Shown here: piece after piece, positions 47,461 to 59,690 of the stretch | Layout of the letters: each line of letters starts with the position of its first letter | Numbering within the stretch: position 1 is the first letter of the stretch | From: Vitrella brassicaformis CCMP3155 | Lineage: Eukaryota > Protista > Chromerida | Length of the DNA stretch: 64,000 nt | Reading direction: 5' to 3' | NCBI GenBank assembly: GCA_001179505.1 | Contig: CDMY01000259.1 | Coordinates: forward strand, 82,090-146,089 | Translations under genes and position numbers: made by a program | Notes under the pieces: model-generated | Seen by the model: the letters and a program-made list of their open reading frames with translations, nothing else | Told to the model about the DNA's origin: nothing | Database searches by the model: none

Positions 47461-48123
47461 CTAGTAGAGGTTGTCGGCCTTCTCGAGCTTGACGATCTTC
47501 TCGGCAATGCCCTTCTGCAGCGTCGAGCGGATCTCGTCGTTGATGAACGAGAACGTCTGCATCACACACGTACACACAGACAGCACATCAAGTCCACTGC
47601 ACCGATGCCACCATTCTCCCCCCCTCTCTGCGCCTGTGTGTCTGTGTCGCTTTCTAACTGACCTGTGCGGCAAACTTGGCGACATTGTCTGGTCTGAGGC
47701 AGTAGGCGTTGGAGGATCCCGGGGGGTTCTTAAGGCAGCTCTCGTTCCAGCCGTCGGGGGGGCAGGACACCACTGGGAAGACAGAGTGGTAGGAGGCCGT
47801 CCCGGAGAGCGCGTCGGTGCCGCCCGCACAGCCCACAATCAGCATCGGCTCGATGGAGCGGTTGTAGTACTCCAGGGCCTGCTCCAACTTGCTCGGCTGC
47901 ACACACACACACACACACGGAACAGAGAGAGAGGGAAAGGTGCCATCGATGGATGTGTGTGTGTGTTGTGTTGCGTAGTGTGTTGAGTACACACCTGTTT
48001 GTGTGCGGAGCAGATGCGAATGTGCGAGGGGACGCCGAACTTGGTGAGGTTGTCCTGGATCTTCTGCAGGTGCGGCATGTCCGAGTCGCTGCCCGCAAAG
48101 ATGCCCACACAGCAACTGAATCA

Positions 48124-48157
<34 letters not shown>

Positions 48158-49494
48158 GTGAGGACAGTACGTGTGGTGTGGTGTGGTGTGGTGTGGTGTG
48201 TTGGCCACAAACGTCGCACCCCTTGATGAGTTTCTTTGAGACCAGGTTCATGAGCAGTCTCTTGGGCGGCGTGAGGGGGGAGGCCGGGAACTCAAAGGTC
48301 TGCCCGGTGATTCTCTCGAACACATTGATGTACCGATACACACACTCAACCACCTGACACACACACACACACATCCATCCATCCAGCCATCCCTTGCTTT
48401 GCTGTGCTGTGTTTGTGTTTGTGTGGGTCTGTCTGACCTGTTCCTCTGTGAGTGTGGGGACCGCCTTGCCGGGTTTGAAGCCCTGCTCGAGCAGCACGTC
48501 CCTCACGTACTGCTTGGAGAACTCCTTCACCTTGAGCTCCGGCCTGGCGGCCAGCAGCTCGCTGACATCCTTGTACTGCCCGCCCTTCATGGCCTCGACG
48601 ATCTGCGGCCACTTGGTCTCGAGCTCCTTGGCGTCGCACAGGCGGCTGCTGTCGGGCGTGTTGACCTCGTCAATGACGTGCAGCTTGCCGCTCTCGTCGG
48701 TGCCGAACTCGTACTTGGTGTCGATGAGCACGAGGCCGCGCTTGGCGGCCAGCTCCTGGCCTCTGGCGAAGAGCTTGAGGGAGATGTCCTTGGCCTGCTG
48801 CGCCAGGTCCTTGCCGATGAGGGCCTCCACCTCTTGGTAGGTCATGTTCTCGTCGTGGCCGACCTCTGCCTTGGTGGTGGGGGTGAAGATGGGCGTGGGG
48901 AACTGCTGGAAGCGCAGAAGGCCGTTCTGGACGGGGAGGCCGCAGAAGGTGCGCTCGCCCTTCTCGTATGCGGCGGCCATGCTGCCCCAGAGGTAGCCGC
49001 GGACGATGCACTCGACGTTGAGGTTCTTCATCTTCTTCTGGATGACCACATTGGGGTCGGCGTCGTCGGTCACCAGGGCGTTGGGGATGATGTCAGACGT
49101 GTTCTCGAACGCCCAGCGAGTGATCTTGTTCAACAACTGACCCTGCAAGCAAGCAATCAATCACACACACACACACACACACACAGACGCACACACACAG
49201 ACGCACACACATGGATGGATGGATGGATGAGTGCGCCATCCCTCCCTCCCTCGCCGCCTCTCAACGCTGTGCTGTCCTGCGTACCTTGAAAGGGATGAGG
49301 TTTGGCAGGACGTAGTCGAACGCCGAGACCCTGTCGCTGGCGACCATGAAGACGTTCTTGTCGGTCATGTAGATATCCCGCACCTTGCCCTTCTTGACAC
49401 GACCCAGCTCGGGCAGCAGGCAGTCGTCCAGCGTGTAGCCCAGGTGCTGGCGGATCTTGCTCTTCGTGTCAGACTCAGTCATGACGTGGCCCAT
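47461..49494 (-). CDS. PAICS: Bifunctional SAICAR synthetase (PurC)-AIR carboxylase (class II PurE-like), PAICS architecture
   Basis: PurC: [20 protein letters not shown]|[49 protein letters not shown]. PurE: [20 protein letters not shown]|[20 protein letters not shown]. Confidence 0.96.
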
Positions 49495-49864
49495 TGCTTT
49501 GCTTGACGGACGATGGAACGACGGGAGAGAGGCGACTGGCGGATTAGCTGCTGCGACAAAGGCGAGAACTCACGAGCGCTGAGTGGCGATGGATGAGCAG
49601 GTGGCTGAGCTGGAATGGAGGAAAAGGGAGGGCAGTTTTCGGGGAGACGGCGTCGCATGCGATCCAAGCTCGCATTTTGAGCTCGCAGACGGTGGCGACA
49701 GCAGAAGAGGCCAGGAGACAACGGCAGAGTGCTGCGTGGGCCAGGCTCAGCAGCAAGCTTTGACGAACTCATAGATCAGCCTGTTTGTGCGCCGTTCGAG
49801 GCGGCCAATTCATTGCTCTCGGTGTTGTGAAGGCGTTGGTTGCGTCGGTTCGGTTCGTCCGGTG
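49495..49864. promoter_or_regulatory. 370-bp shared divergent promoter of the PAICS-like gene and PFAS
   Basis: Lies between opposed ATGs; contains the palindrome TCGCATGCGA (49653-49662) and AGCTCGCA at 49667 and 49680. Confidence 0.7.
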
Positions 49865-52800
49865 ATGGGCATAGAGTTCATGGGATCTGACGATGCGCCT
49901 TCGATGAGCGGATCTCCCGCCATCCTGCACTACTACCGCACACCCGGGCTGTCCGAGTACAAGCGGCAGGGCCTCCTGCAGGAGGTCAGAACAGACATCG
50001 CAAGCGATGTGGTGAGCCGCTGAGCCACTCACAGACAGCAGATGGGTCGTGCATTGCCCACACCACCACCTGCCCCTGCTTTTGTGTGTGTCTGCATCAC
50101 TCCGTAGGAGTCGCTGGACACCGAGGTGTGTTACAACGTGGAGGTGACTGCCCCCCTGACGGCCAAGGAGGAGGATGCCCTCACGTACCTCCTTAGCGAG
50201 ACCTTCGAGCAGCAGCAGTTCGGCAGCAAGTCGTTCCTGAGGGAGCTGCATGCCTCGAGGGGCGGCAAGGGCGGCATCCTAGAGGTGGGGCCGCGGATGA
50301 CCTTCTGCACTGCATGGTCGTCCAATGCAGTGGCCATCTGCCACAGCTGCGGACTCACCAAGGTCTGTCTGCCAGAGGCGCACAGAGGATGAGAGGGGAG
50401 GGGATTGTTCCTCTCTCTCGTGTGTGTGTGTGTGCAGGTGACCCGCATCGAGCGCAGCCGACGTTATCTGTTCGCCTTTGGGAAGGCGAGCGACCCCACG
50501 ACCAATGTGCAAGGTCCGGTCCGCAGAGGCATCCGATCCATCGATTTGTGTACGGATCTGTGTGTGTGGATTGTGTTGTGTTGTGTTTCGCCGCATGGGT
50601 CATCAGACTTCCTGCAGGAGGTGGCGCCCAAGGTGCACGACCGCATGACCGAGTGCGTCTACCCTTTCCCCATCACCTCGTTCGAACTCAAAATCAAAGT
50701 CAGCACACACACACACACACACACACAATCTGACAGTATTTGTGTATCTGTTGTGTGCTGTGTCGTGTGCAGCCGGAGCATTGGGTGTCTGTCGACGTGA
50801 TGGGCAAGGGCCGTGCCGCCCTCGAGGCCATCAACAAGGAAATGGGCCTCGGATACGACGAACAGGTCACACACACACAAACACACACACACTCAGAGGC
50901 ACCCACCCCAGACACCCGCTCGTTCATTCGGCCATGGCCCCCCACTGTGTTGTGTGTGCCTTGCAGGATTTGGACTACTACACTCGTCTGTTTCGTGACG
51001 AGCTGAAGCGCAACCCCACGTCGATCGAGTGCTTCGACCTGGCCCAGGGCAACAGTGAGCACAGCCGCCACTGGTTCTTCAACGGCAAGCTCGTCATCGA
51101 CGGCCAGGACATGCCCGAGACGCTCTTCCAGCTCGTCAAGAAACCCTTCAAGATAAACCCCAGATTTAGGTGGGCTGATCTCTGTCGTCCATCGGTGTGT
51201 CTGTGTGACACTCGTTCATTCATTCATTTCGTGGATGGATGCAGCACTGTCGCCTTTCGCGACAACTCGTCGGCGCTTCGCGGCTACGTCCACCAGAACG
51301 TGCACCCATCGCCTGATGTCGACGGCAAGGCCGCGCCCTACAAAGTATGTCTGCCTGCCTGCCACATACAAAGACAGGCATCATCAATTCGCGCATGCGC
51401 ACGTGTGTCTGTCTGTGTGTGTGTGTGTGCCCATCCATCCATGCATCGGTGGATCAGTCTGTGACGAAGGACTACGACCTGACCTTCACGGCAGAGACGC
51501 ACAACTTCCCATGCGGCGTGGCGCCCTTTCCCGGAGCTGAGACCGGCACTGGCGGGCGATTGCGGGACGGGGCAGCCACAGGCCAGGGGTCACTCATCAT
51601 CGCCGGCACGGCGGCATACTGTGTGGGGGCACTGAGAATCCCTGGGTGGGTGAGCGGGACAAAGAGGGAGGGAGGGGGGGTGAGGGGGGCATGTGTGGAT
51701 GGATCGACGTGTGTGTGGGTGATTGGAGTGGTGCAGGTATGACATGGAGTGGGAGGACTCGGCCCGTGAGTGGAGCTACCCGTCAAACATGGCGGACCCA
51801 TTCGATATTCTCATCGAGGTCACACACACACACACACACACTCTCACTGATGACGACTCGACTCACACGTGCGTGTCTCTGAAGCTGCTGTGTCTCTGCG
51901 TCTGCGTGTGTTGCGGTGGTGCAGGCGTCGAACGGTGCGTCCGACTACGGCAACAAGTTTGGCGAGCCCATCATCCAGGGCTACACACGCTCCTTCGGAC
52001 TCAGACTGCCGGACGGAGAACGGTACTCACACACACGCACACACGTGCCCACACACACAACCCGCTCATGTGTGTGTGTGTGTGTGCTGGTGCACTCATG
52101 TGCCGTGTCGTACGACGCAGTCGTGAGTGGATCAAGCCCATCATGTTCACGGGCGGCATCGGGCAGATGGACCACCGACACATCAACAAGGGAGACGCCG
52201 AGAAGGACATGAAGATCGTCAAGATCGGCGGACCCGCATACAGAATCGGTACACACGCACACACACCCATACACAGGCACTCATCGGTCCTCCTTGTGCG
52301 GTGTGTCCACAGGGATGGGTGGCGGGGCGGCCTCATCGATGGTTGCCGGCGACAACCAGGCCGATCTCGACTTCAATGCCGTCCAGCGAGGAGACGCTGA
52401 AATGGAAAACAGGGTACACAACACACACACAAACAGCACACAAGGATAACCCCCAACCAGCGTGGTAATACCTTCCTGCATGGTGTGGTATCAGGCCAAT
52501 CGTGTGATCCGTGCGTGTGTGGAGCTGGGCGAGGCAAACCCCGTTGTCTCGATCCACGACCAGGGCGCGGGCGGCAGCGGCAACGTCCTCAAAGAAATCA
52601 CCGAACCGGGCGGCGGGTTCATCGGTCAGCGACATTCCCTCCCTCCCTCCCTCCCTCCCCCTCTCCCACACACCCCTACACAAAGGGCACTTTCGCTCTC
52701 ACTTCCAATCAGACATTCGGAAGATGTTGTGTGGCGACAAGACCATGTCGTTGCTGGAGCTGTGGGGGGCCGAGTACCAGGAGAACTACGCGCTTCTCAT

Positions 52801-55800
52801 CCGCCCCGAGTCGGTGGAGCTGTTCGACACCCTCTGCAAACGTGAGAAGGCCCCGTACAGCGTCGTTGGGCACATCACTGGTACACTCACACTGACTGCC
52901 CCAATCCTTTCTCCGTCCATCTCATCTCCATCGCTCTATTGTTCTCTGTGTGGGTGTGGGTGTGTGTAGGCGATGGGATCGTGCGTGTGTGGGATGCCGA
53001 GGACGGCACAACACCAGTCGACCTGCCTCTGGAGAAGGTGCTGGGCAAGATGCCACAGAAGGTCTTCAAGAGCGACAGAAAACAGTCCATCAGCAGACCA
53101 CTACAGGTCAGCACGACAGACAGGCAATGAGAGGCAGGCGGGCTGTCATGTGTGTACGTGGGTCGGTCGGTCGGTCGGTTGTGTGTTTGTTGTGTGCAGT
53201 TCCCGGCTGATGTGACGGTCATGAGTGCGCTTGACCGTGTGTTGCGGCTCAGCTCCGTGGGGTCGAAGCGGTTCCTCACCAACAAAGTCGACCGGTCCGT
53301 CACGGGCCTCATCGCACAACAGCAGTGCGTCGGGCCGCTGCAGGTACCACCTCACACAATCACAGACATACACATGGATGGATCCCTGCTGTGTGTCGGT
53401 ATCCGGCCGTCGACAGTTGACTCTCTCCGATGTGGCAGTGGTTGCCCAGAGCCATCTCGGCACGACAGGTGGCGCGACGGCCATCGGCGAGCAGCCCATC
53501 AAGGGCTTCCTCGACTGTGCCGCCATGGGCCGGCTGGCATGCGCTGAGGCGCTGACTAACCTCGTGTGGGCCAAGGTGACGGCTATCGAGGACGTCAAGG
53601 CATCGGGCAACTGGATGTGGGCCGCAAAGGTCAGATCAGAGAGAGGGGAGGGGAACGATTTCTTTCAACGGCTGCACTGCATCTGTGTGTGGTGGGTGTG
53701 TATGGAATGCATGTGTGTGAGTAGATGGAGGGCGAGGCGGCGAATATGTACGACGCTGCCAAGGCCCTCTCGGACTTCATGATTCAGATCGGCATGGCCA
53801 TCGATGGAGGCAAAGACAGGTCAGCCAACCCCACACCAACCCACCCCCCATACACACCCCCTGCTGCCTCCTTTCAGTCTGTCCATGGCCGCGCGCGACC
53901 CCATAGCGAAGGAGACGGTCAAGGCCCCCGGCGAGCTGACGATATCGGTGTATGCGCCGTGCCCCGACGTCAACCTGACCGTCATGCCCGACCTCAAGTG
54001 CGGCGGTGATGGTGTGCTGCTGCTGATCGACCTGGACCTGAGGGGCTGGTGTCTGGGCGGCAGCAGCCTCGCCCACTGCTACGGACAGATCGGCGACCAA
54101 TGCCCTGACGTCGATGTGAGTGGGGGAGGCCACAGACGGGAGAGGACATGGGGGAGAGAGAGTGGTCTGCGGCTGTCTGCAGGCTGCATCGCTGAAGAAC
54201 GCCTTCAACGCGGTGCAGGAGCTGATTAAGAAGCGGCTCATCACCGCGGGCCACGACAGATCTGACGGCGGGCTGATCACCACAGGTGTGCACCCGCAAC
54301 AGACAAGCACTCAACATCGCACACACGTGACAGCCCTCCCTGTGGTGTGTCGTCGCAGTGCTGGAGATGGCCTTCGGCGGCAACTGTGGCGTCACCATCG
54401 CACTCGACAGCCTCCCGGCATCGGTCGACTTCCTCCACGCCCTCTTCAGCGAGGGACCCGGGCTCGTCTTTGAGTGCGCCAAGGCCAACGAGGCGGCTGT
54501 GCGTGAGGTGCTGCAATGGCACGGTATGGGCGCGGCGAGTGTGCATGCGATTGGGGGAGGGAGAAACGACACCAAAGTCGAGGTAGGTTGAGAAAAAGAG
54601 ATGCGGGGGGTGCCTTGTCATGGTGCGGTGTGATGTGGTGTGATGTGGTGTGTGCAGGTGTCCGTGGGTGGCAAGGTGCTGCTGTCCGATGACGTGAGGC
54701 AGCTGCGGGACATCTGGGAGGCCACCAGCTTCCAGTGCGAACTCAGACAGGTAGGTGATAACCGACACACACCACACGAGAGCCTCTGTTCATTCATTCA
54801 CCTGTGTTTCCTTATCATCTCTGCAGTGCAACCCCGAGTGTGTGGCTCAGGAGCGTGACGGCCTCAAGCACCGCACAGCCCCGCCCTTCAAGCTGACCTT
54901 CGACTTCCACCCCACCTCTGACGCCAAGCTCACTCAGGCCGACAAGATCAAGGTCGCCATCATCCGGGAGGAAGGCAGCAACGGCGACAGAGAGGTAGGA
55001 ACCACAGACACACAAGTGTCCGCCCGCCCCACAGACAGACACACGCACACACACGTGTGCCTGTTTGTCTGTGTGTCTGTGTGTCTGGTAGATGGCGACG
55101 GCCTTCCACATGGCAGGCTTCGAGGCGTGGGACGTGACCATGACCGACATCAGCAGCGGGCGCGTCAACCTGCAGGACTTCAGGGGCGTCGTCTTTGTGG
55201 GCGGCTTCAGCTACGCCGACGTGCTCGACAGCGCCAAGGGGTGGGCGGCCACCATCCTGCTCAGCGACAAGCTCAACGGGGAGTTCGAGGCCTTCTACAA
55301 GAGGAACGACACCTTCTCTTTGGGCGTCTGCAACGGTAGGTACTCCAGCCATCAGGCTGGCTGGCTGGCTGGCTGGCTGGCAAGTAGTCGGTCGGTCAGT
55401 TCTGCCACCTGTTTGTTTGTGCGTGTGTGTGGCTTCAGGGTGCCAGCTGATGGCCCTCTTGGGGTGGGTGCCCGGACTTGAGAAGAACATCCCACGCGAC
55501 AAGCAGCCAAGGTGGGCGGCGATCGCGATCGCTCTACTCACACGTGACCTGTTGTTCCCTCTCTGTCTGTCTGTCAGGTTCATTCACAACGCCAGCGGCC
55601 GCTTCGAGTCGCGATGGTCGGCCGTGCGCGTGGAGTCGAGCACATCCATCATGCTGCAAGGTATGAAGCACACACGCCCATCTATCCACCCACACCTCCG
55701 CGGCTCCCTGTTTGACTGACGTCATGTCATGTGCGTGTCTACTAGGCATGGAGGGCTCTACTCTCGGCATCTGGGTGGCCCACGGTGAGGGCCAGGCCTA

Positions 55801-56125
55801 TTTCCCCGACCCTAGTGTGCTCACACAGTGCCAGCGGGACCGAGCCATCCCCCTCACATACGTCGACGACCAGAACCAGCCCACCGAGGCGTACCCCTTC
55901 AACCCCAATGGCTCACCGCAAGGCATCGTCGGCCTCTGCAGCCCTGACGGCCGCCACCTGGCTCTCATGCCGCACCCGGAGCGGTGCATCCTCACCTACC
56001 AGTGGCCGTACGCGCCGCAAGGGTGGACCAAACAGCACAGGGAGGGGGAGCTGTGGGGCCGGCACGTGGCACCCTGGATCAAGATGTTCCAGAATGCACG
56101 ACAGTGGTGCGAGAGAAATGCCTAG
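49865..56125 (+). CDS. PFAS: Phosphoribosylformylglycinamidine synthase (large PurL)
   Basis: [142 protein letters not shown]|CQ, MPHPER. Confidence 0.98.
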
Positions 56126-56636
56126 TGAGTGGCTGGGTCTGTCGGTGGCTAGCGAGGTGGATGCGTCAGTCGGGCGGCTGCCTGACTGTCTCGTGTGTGC
56201 GTGATGACTGGCTTGTCTTTTTCCCTCTGTCACTCACTCTTCTGTCTGTGTGGTGTGAATCATATCATGCTGGCCGATCGACCAATGTGGTCATTTTTTG
56301 AATGTCGTCCGTCGTGTGGCGTGATCGATCGTGTCCGTCGGTCCGTCCCGAGAGAGTGCGTGGCGATCGAGTAAGGCCCTCTGGATCTCGCGAGCAGTGG
56401 CGGGATCCATAGGACAGTTTTCGTGTTTGTTTATGTGTGTGTGACAGTCAGTCAGCTATGTCTCTGTCTGTGTGCAGCGACCGATCGCCCACTGAATACG
56501 TAGACGTACACACAATCGCAATCAATCGGCATTTCCCGCGACGAACACACAAGCTGATTGTCACACGTCCCCACTCACAAGCAATTGCTAGCGAGCGACT
56601 TGAAGCAATCAATCGAGTACGTGTGAGTCGAGAGAG

Positions 56637-57846
56637 ATGGTGAGCGGTGACGTGGAGAGCCAGACGCCCCTCATCGGGCAGCGCGGCCAGCTGGTGACCA
56701 AGGACATCGAAGTGGACATTCGCAGAGACTTCATCCTCAAGGTAGGTTAGCCACGTGTCGATAGATGTCTCACAACAGCTGACTGAGCGTGACTTGCCTT
56801 GTCCTTGTTTGTGTCTCCTTGATCAGGTGTATGGGATACTCGCCACGCAGATCATCCTCACCGTCCTCGTCGCGCTGCCCTTCGTACTCGTCGACGCCGT
56901 CCAGAGTGACATGAGACAGAGAGACAGAGAGAGAGAGAGAGAGACAAGGACACCGTCTTGTCTGACTCGTCTGTGTGTCTGTGTGTGTGTCTCGGTGCAT
57001 GCAGCGTTTGTGCGCGACAACTCGGGCCTGATTGGCTTTGTGACCATCCTGAGTGTGTTCGGCTTCCTCATAACCTTTTCGCTGAAGCCCGAATCGATCA
57101 AAACGCACCCCTACGGCCTACTCGTGAGCCGCGGGCAGCGAGACACACAACAAAGACATTGCTCTCATCTCTCTGTTGGTTGCAGACGCTGTTTGGCTTC
57201 ACTGTCGTGGAGGGGGTCTTCATCGGAACGCTGTGTGTGTTCCTGACGCCCTCGAGCGTGCTCTTCACCGTGGGTGTGTGTGTGGTGATCGTCGGATCGC
57301 TGACGGCCTGGGCGGTCTTCGCCAAAGCCGACTTCACAGGTACACACACGGCGACATATATGTGACATACACACCCAACCACACACACGCAATGTCTTGT
57401 TGCAGGGTACGCGCCGTTCGTCTACGTGGCGGGGCTGGTGTTTGTGTTGTTCCTCATCGCCGGCCTCCTCTTGATGCCATTCCTGCCTGGCGTACGCACA
57501 ACTCAGACAAGACACAGAGGCCACACACATGTGACTCGCTGCGTGTGTGTCTCTGTGTGCAGGTGTCGGTCTTCAACATGGTCATCTCAGCGTTGTTGGT
57601 GCTGTTCTTCTCGGCCTACCTGGTCATCGACACGCAGGCCATATTGGGCGGCCAACACAAGTATCAGTTCACAGTGGACGACTACGTCTTCGCCGCACTG
57701 GTGAGCCCCACCCCCAACACGCGCAGTGACACACACGGCAATCAGTGTGTCGTTCGTTTTGTGTCGTGTTGGTCGTGTAGGCGATTTACCTCGACATCGT
57801 CAACATGCTGATCCAGCTGCTCTCAGCATTCGGACAGCGCAAGTGA
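56637..57846 (+). CDS. TMBIM/Bax-inhibitor-1 family (LFG-type) multi-pass membrane protein
   Basis: IRRDFILK|VYGILATQIILT, HPYGLL, SAYLVIDTQAILGG, DDYVFAAL|AIYLDIVNM; about seven hydrophobic segments. Confidence 0.93.
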
Positions 57847-58232
57847 GAGCAAGGCCGACAAACAAGAGGGGACAAAGGAAGGACAGCCACACAAGACTGA
57901 CTGACTGACTGACGACGTGTAAGAGAGATCAACGGCTAACAGACTTCTCGACTGATTGATGGATGCATTCACATTCAAGTCACTGATGTGATGGGGTGAA
58001 CACATCGTAATTCATTCAATGTCATTGTACGTTGTTGACACATTCGAAAAAAGCGCTGTGCTGCGTGTCTGAGGGAGGTGCACATTCGGATGGCACGGCC
58101 ACTCACTGTCATTCACCCATCCACACGACAAATGTCTATCTCGTCGAGTGTTCGGCACATCATGCAGTGTAAATAAGGTACACAGACACATCCGTCGATC
58201 CATCGATGTCTGTCTATGGCATTGTCAGTCGA

Positions 58233-59644
58233 TTAGAGGTAGACGGAGAGGTGGTTGGGCCACGGCTTCCTCTTCATGGCCTTGCGCTTGATCTCCCCGT
58301 ACTTGTCGTTCCACTCCCACATGCGCTCCAACTCACGACCACTCTGATTGATCACACAAACACACAACACATCCATGCATCCATGCATCCATCCATCCAA
58401 TACAGAGCACAATCTATACCACGCAACGAACGCCCCACACCTATTTGCTTGACGTGATGTCGTGTGTGTCAGTCACCTGGTTGACGGATGCCGAGAGTTT
58501 CTTCATGGCTTGTTTGAGGTCGTCGGCGGTGACGGGCCGCAGCTCAGTGGGGCTCGCGATGGCCTGGTCGCCCATCACCCCAGAGGCAGGGGCCGATGGC
58601 ACGTTGCCCTCCTTTCTGAGGTGGGACTCGAGCTGGCGGGCCTGCTCATGGCTGATCTTGGTCACGCCATCGCGACACACTTCCTTGATGTCACTACCTG
58701 CAATGGATGACAGACACGTAGGCCGAGGCCACTCAGACGTGTGATGCGATGCAGTGTGGCGGTCTGTTCCTCTCTGTCTGCTGAGAGACTGACGGACCGG
58801 TGTAGCCCTCCATCTGAAGCGCGAGGTCGGTGACGTTGACGTCAGGCGCCAGGCGGTTGTTGCTCAGGGTCACCTGCACACACACCCAGCGAATCGACAC
58901 ACGCAACGGAGTCCATCCATTCCATCCTGCCCACTCACTCATTCACCCACTCACCCTGAGTATCTCCTCCCTGGTCTTGTTGTCGGGCAGGTCCACCAGG
59001 ATGCGCCGCGGCATCCGACGCAGCACGGCCTCATCCAACGCAAACGGCCGGTTCGTCGAACCTGAACAAAAGCAAAGACCCATTCGACACACACCAGCTG
59101 CTGCCGGTGAGGTGCGAATGGCGGCGTGTGTTGTGTTGTGTTGTGTTGTGTTGTGTGCGCACCGATCACAACGACCCGGTCTCTTGTGGTCCTGAGGCCG
59201 TCCCACTCCTGCATGAGGGTGGTCTTGAGGCTGGTCAGCGTGCCGTGGGTCGTGTCGTCGCCGCGATCGCGGCTGCTCAGCAGAGAATCAACCTGACAAA
59301 ACATTACACCACACACATCGTGGCTGGCCATCCAGATGGCTGCAAATATAGGATAGGCATGGGTGGGTGCGTGTGTGTGTGTGTGTCCCTCCTGCGCTCA
59401 ACACCAGCCCCCACAACCTTAAGAAGGGGGCAAGTGTGCGATCGACAGGGGGTCGGCTCAGGTCCGTGTGGCACGACAACGAGCAAAACTCAAAAGGAAT
59501 GCAGTCAACCGCTTCTGAGCTCTCTGTTAGCGTGCTGCCCATCTGGTGTCTGTCTGTCTGTCTGGGTGGTGAGTGTGTCGCATTGACCTCGTCCAGGAAG
59601 ATGACGCAGGGCGCCAGCTTTCTCGCGAGCGTGAACACAGCCTG

Positions 59645-59690
<46 letters not shown>

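Noticed and set aside
48399-49289. Long antisense ORFs opposite PAICS and other genes
   Set aside because: Shadow ORFs expected from GC-rich codon usage; no motifs of their own.
49583-49774. 63-aa ORF in the PAICS/PFAS spacer as a regulatory uORF, or a purine riboswitch there
   Set aside because: It overlaps the presumed promoter motifs and is probably upstream of the TSS; no riboswitch consensus or convincing stem pattern seen.
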